Source: Saccostrea cucullata (lineage: Eukaryota). Taken from it: a stretch of 64,000 nt of DNA. The stretch is taken from NCBI RefSeq assembly GCF_032062105.1, contig NW_026918279.1:62001-126000 (forward strand), in the 5' to 3' direction. Below the pieces are notes generated by a model, which was not told the DNA's origin, searched no databases, and was given only the letters and a program-made list of their open reading frames with translations. Within the stretch, counting starts at the first letter, position 1. Every line of letters starts with the position of its first letter. Shown one piece after another: positions 63,966 through 64,000 of the stretch. The translations under genes and the position numbers were made by a program.

Positions 63966-64000
63966 TTACCAAAAAAAAAAAAGACAGGGTAAATGTTTTA

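Overview
AT-rich animal genomic DNA; the repeat families (Helentron/HINE elements with ~168-bp central repeats, tRNA-headed SINEs, Penelope-like elements) suggest a bivalve, probably an oyster (inference). Genes: two tandem paralogous family-B (Methuselah/adhesion-like) 7TM receptor genes with Cys-rich somatomedin-B-like ectodomains (+; 1-3228, 5'-partial, and 27257/29332-33072); a complete 13-coding-exon SLC38A11-like amino-acid transporter (-; 37489-53503, 486 aa as spliced by hand); and the first exon of a secreted coiled-coil protein (+; 60960-61245). Most of the rest is transposon debris: a CR1/L2-type LINE 5' half, several Helentrons, mariner/pogo, Harbinger, Kolobok-like, CMC-like and Ginger-like non-autonomous elements, Neptune-like and Naiad-like Penelope remnants and SINEs. 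Two patterns stand out. (1) A (TA)n hub at 22.2-26.8 kb where a non-coding 352-bp tRNA-headed unit forms a tandem-plus-inverted array with the same GTGCTTT-(TA)n 3' end and architecture as the neighbouring Penelope element, a candidate Penelope-mobilised SINE. (2) Repeated duplication of splice junctions inside SLC38A11, including a ~1.65-kb minisatellite made of the exon 7 end plus its 5' splice site. All coordinates were read by eye and may be off by a few bases; there is an assembly gap at 26754-26910.
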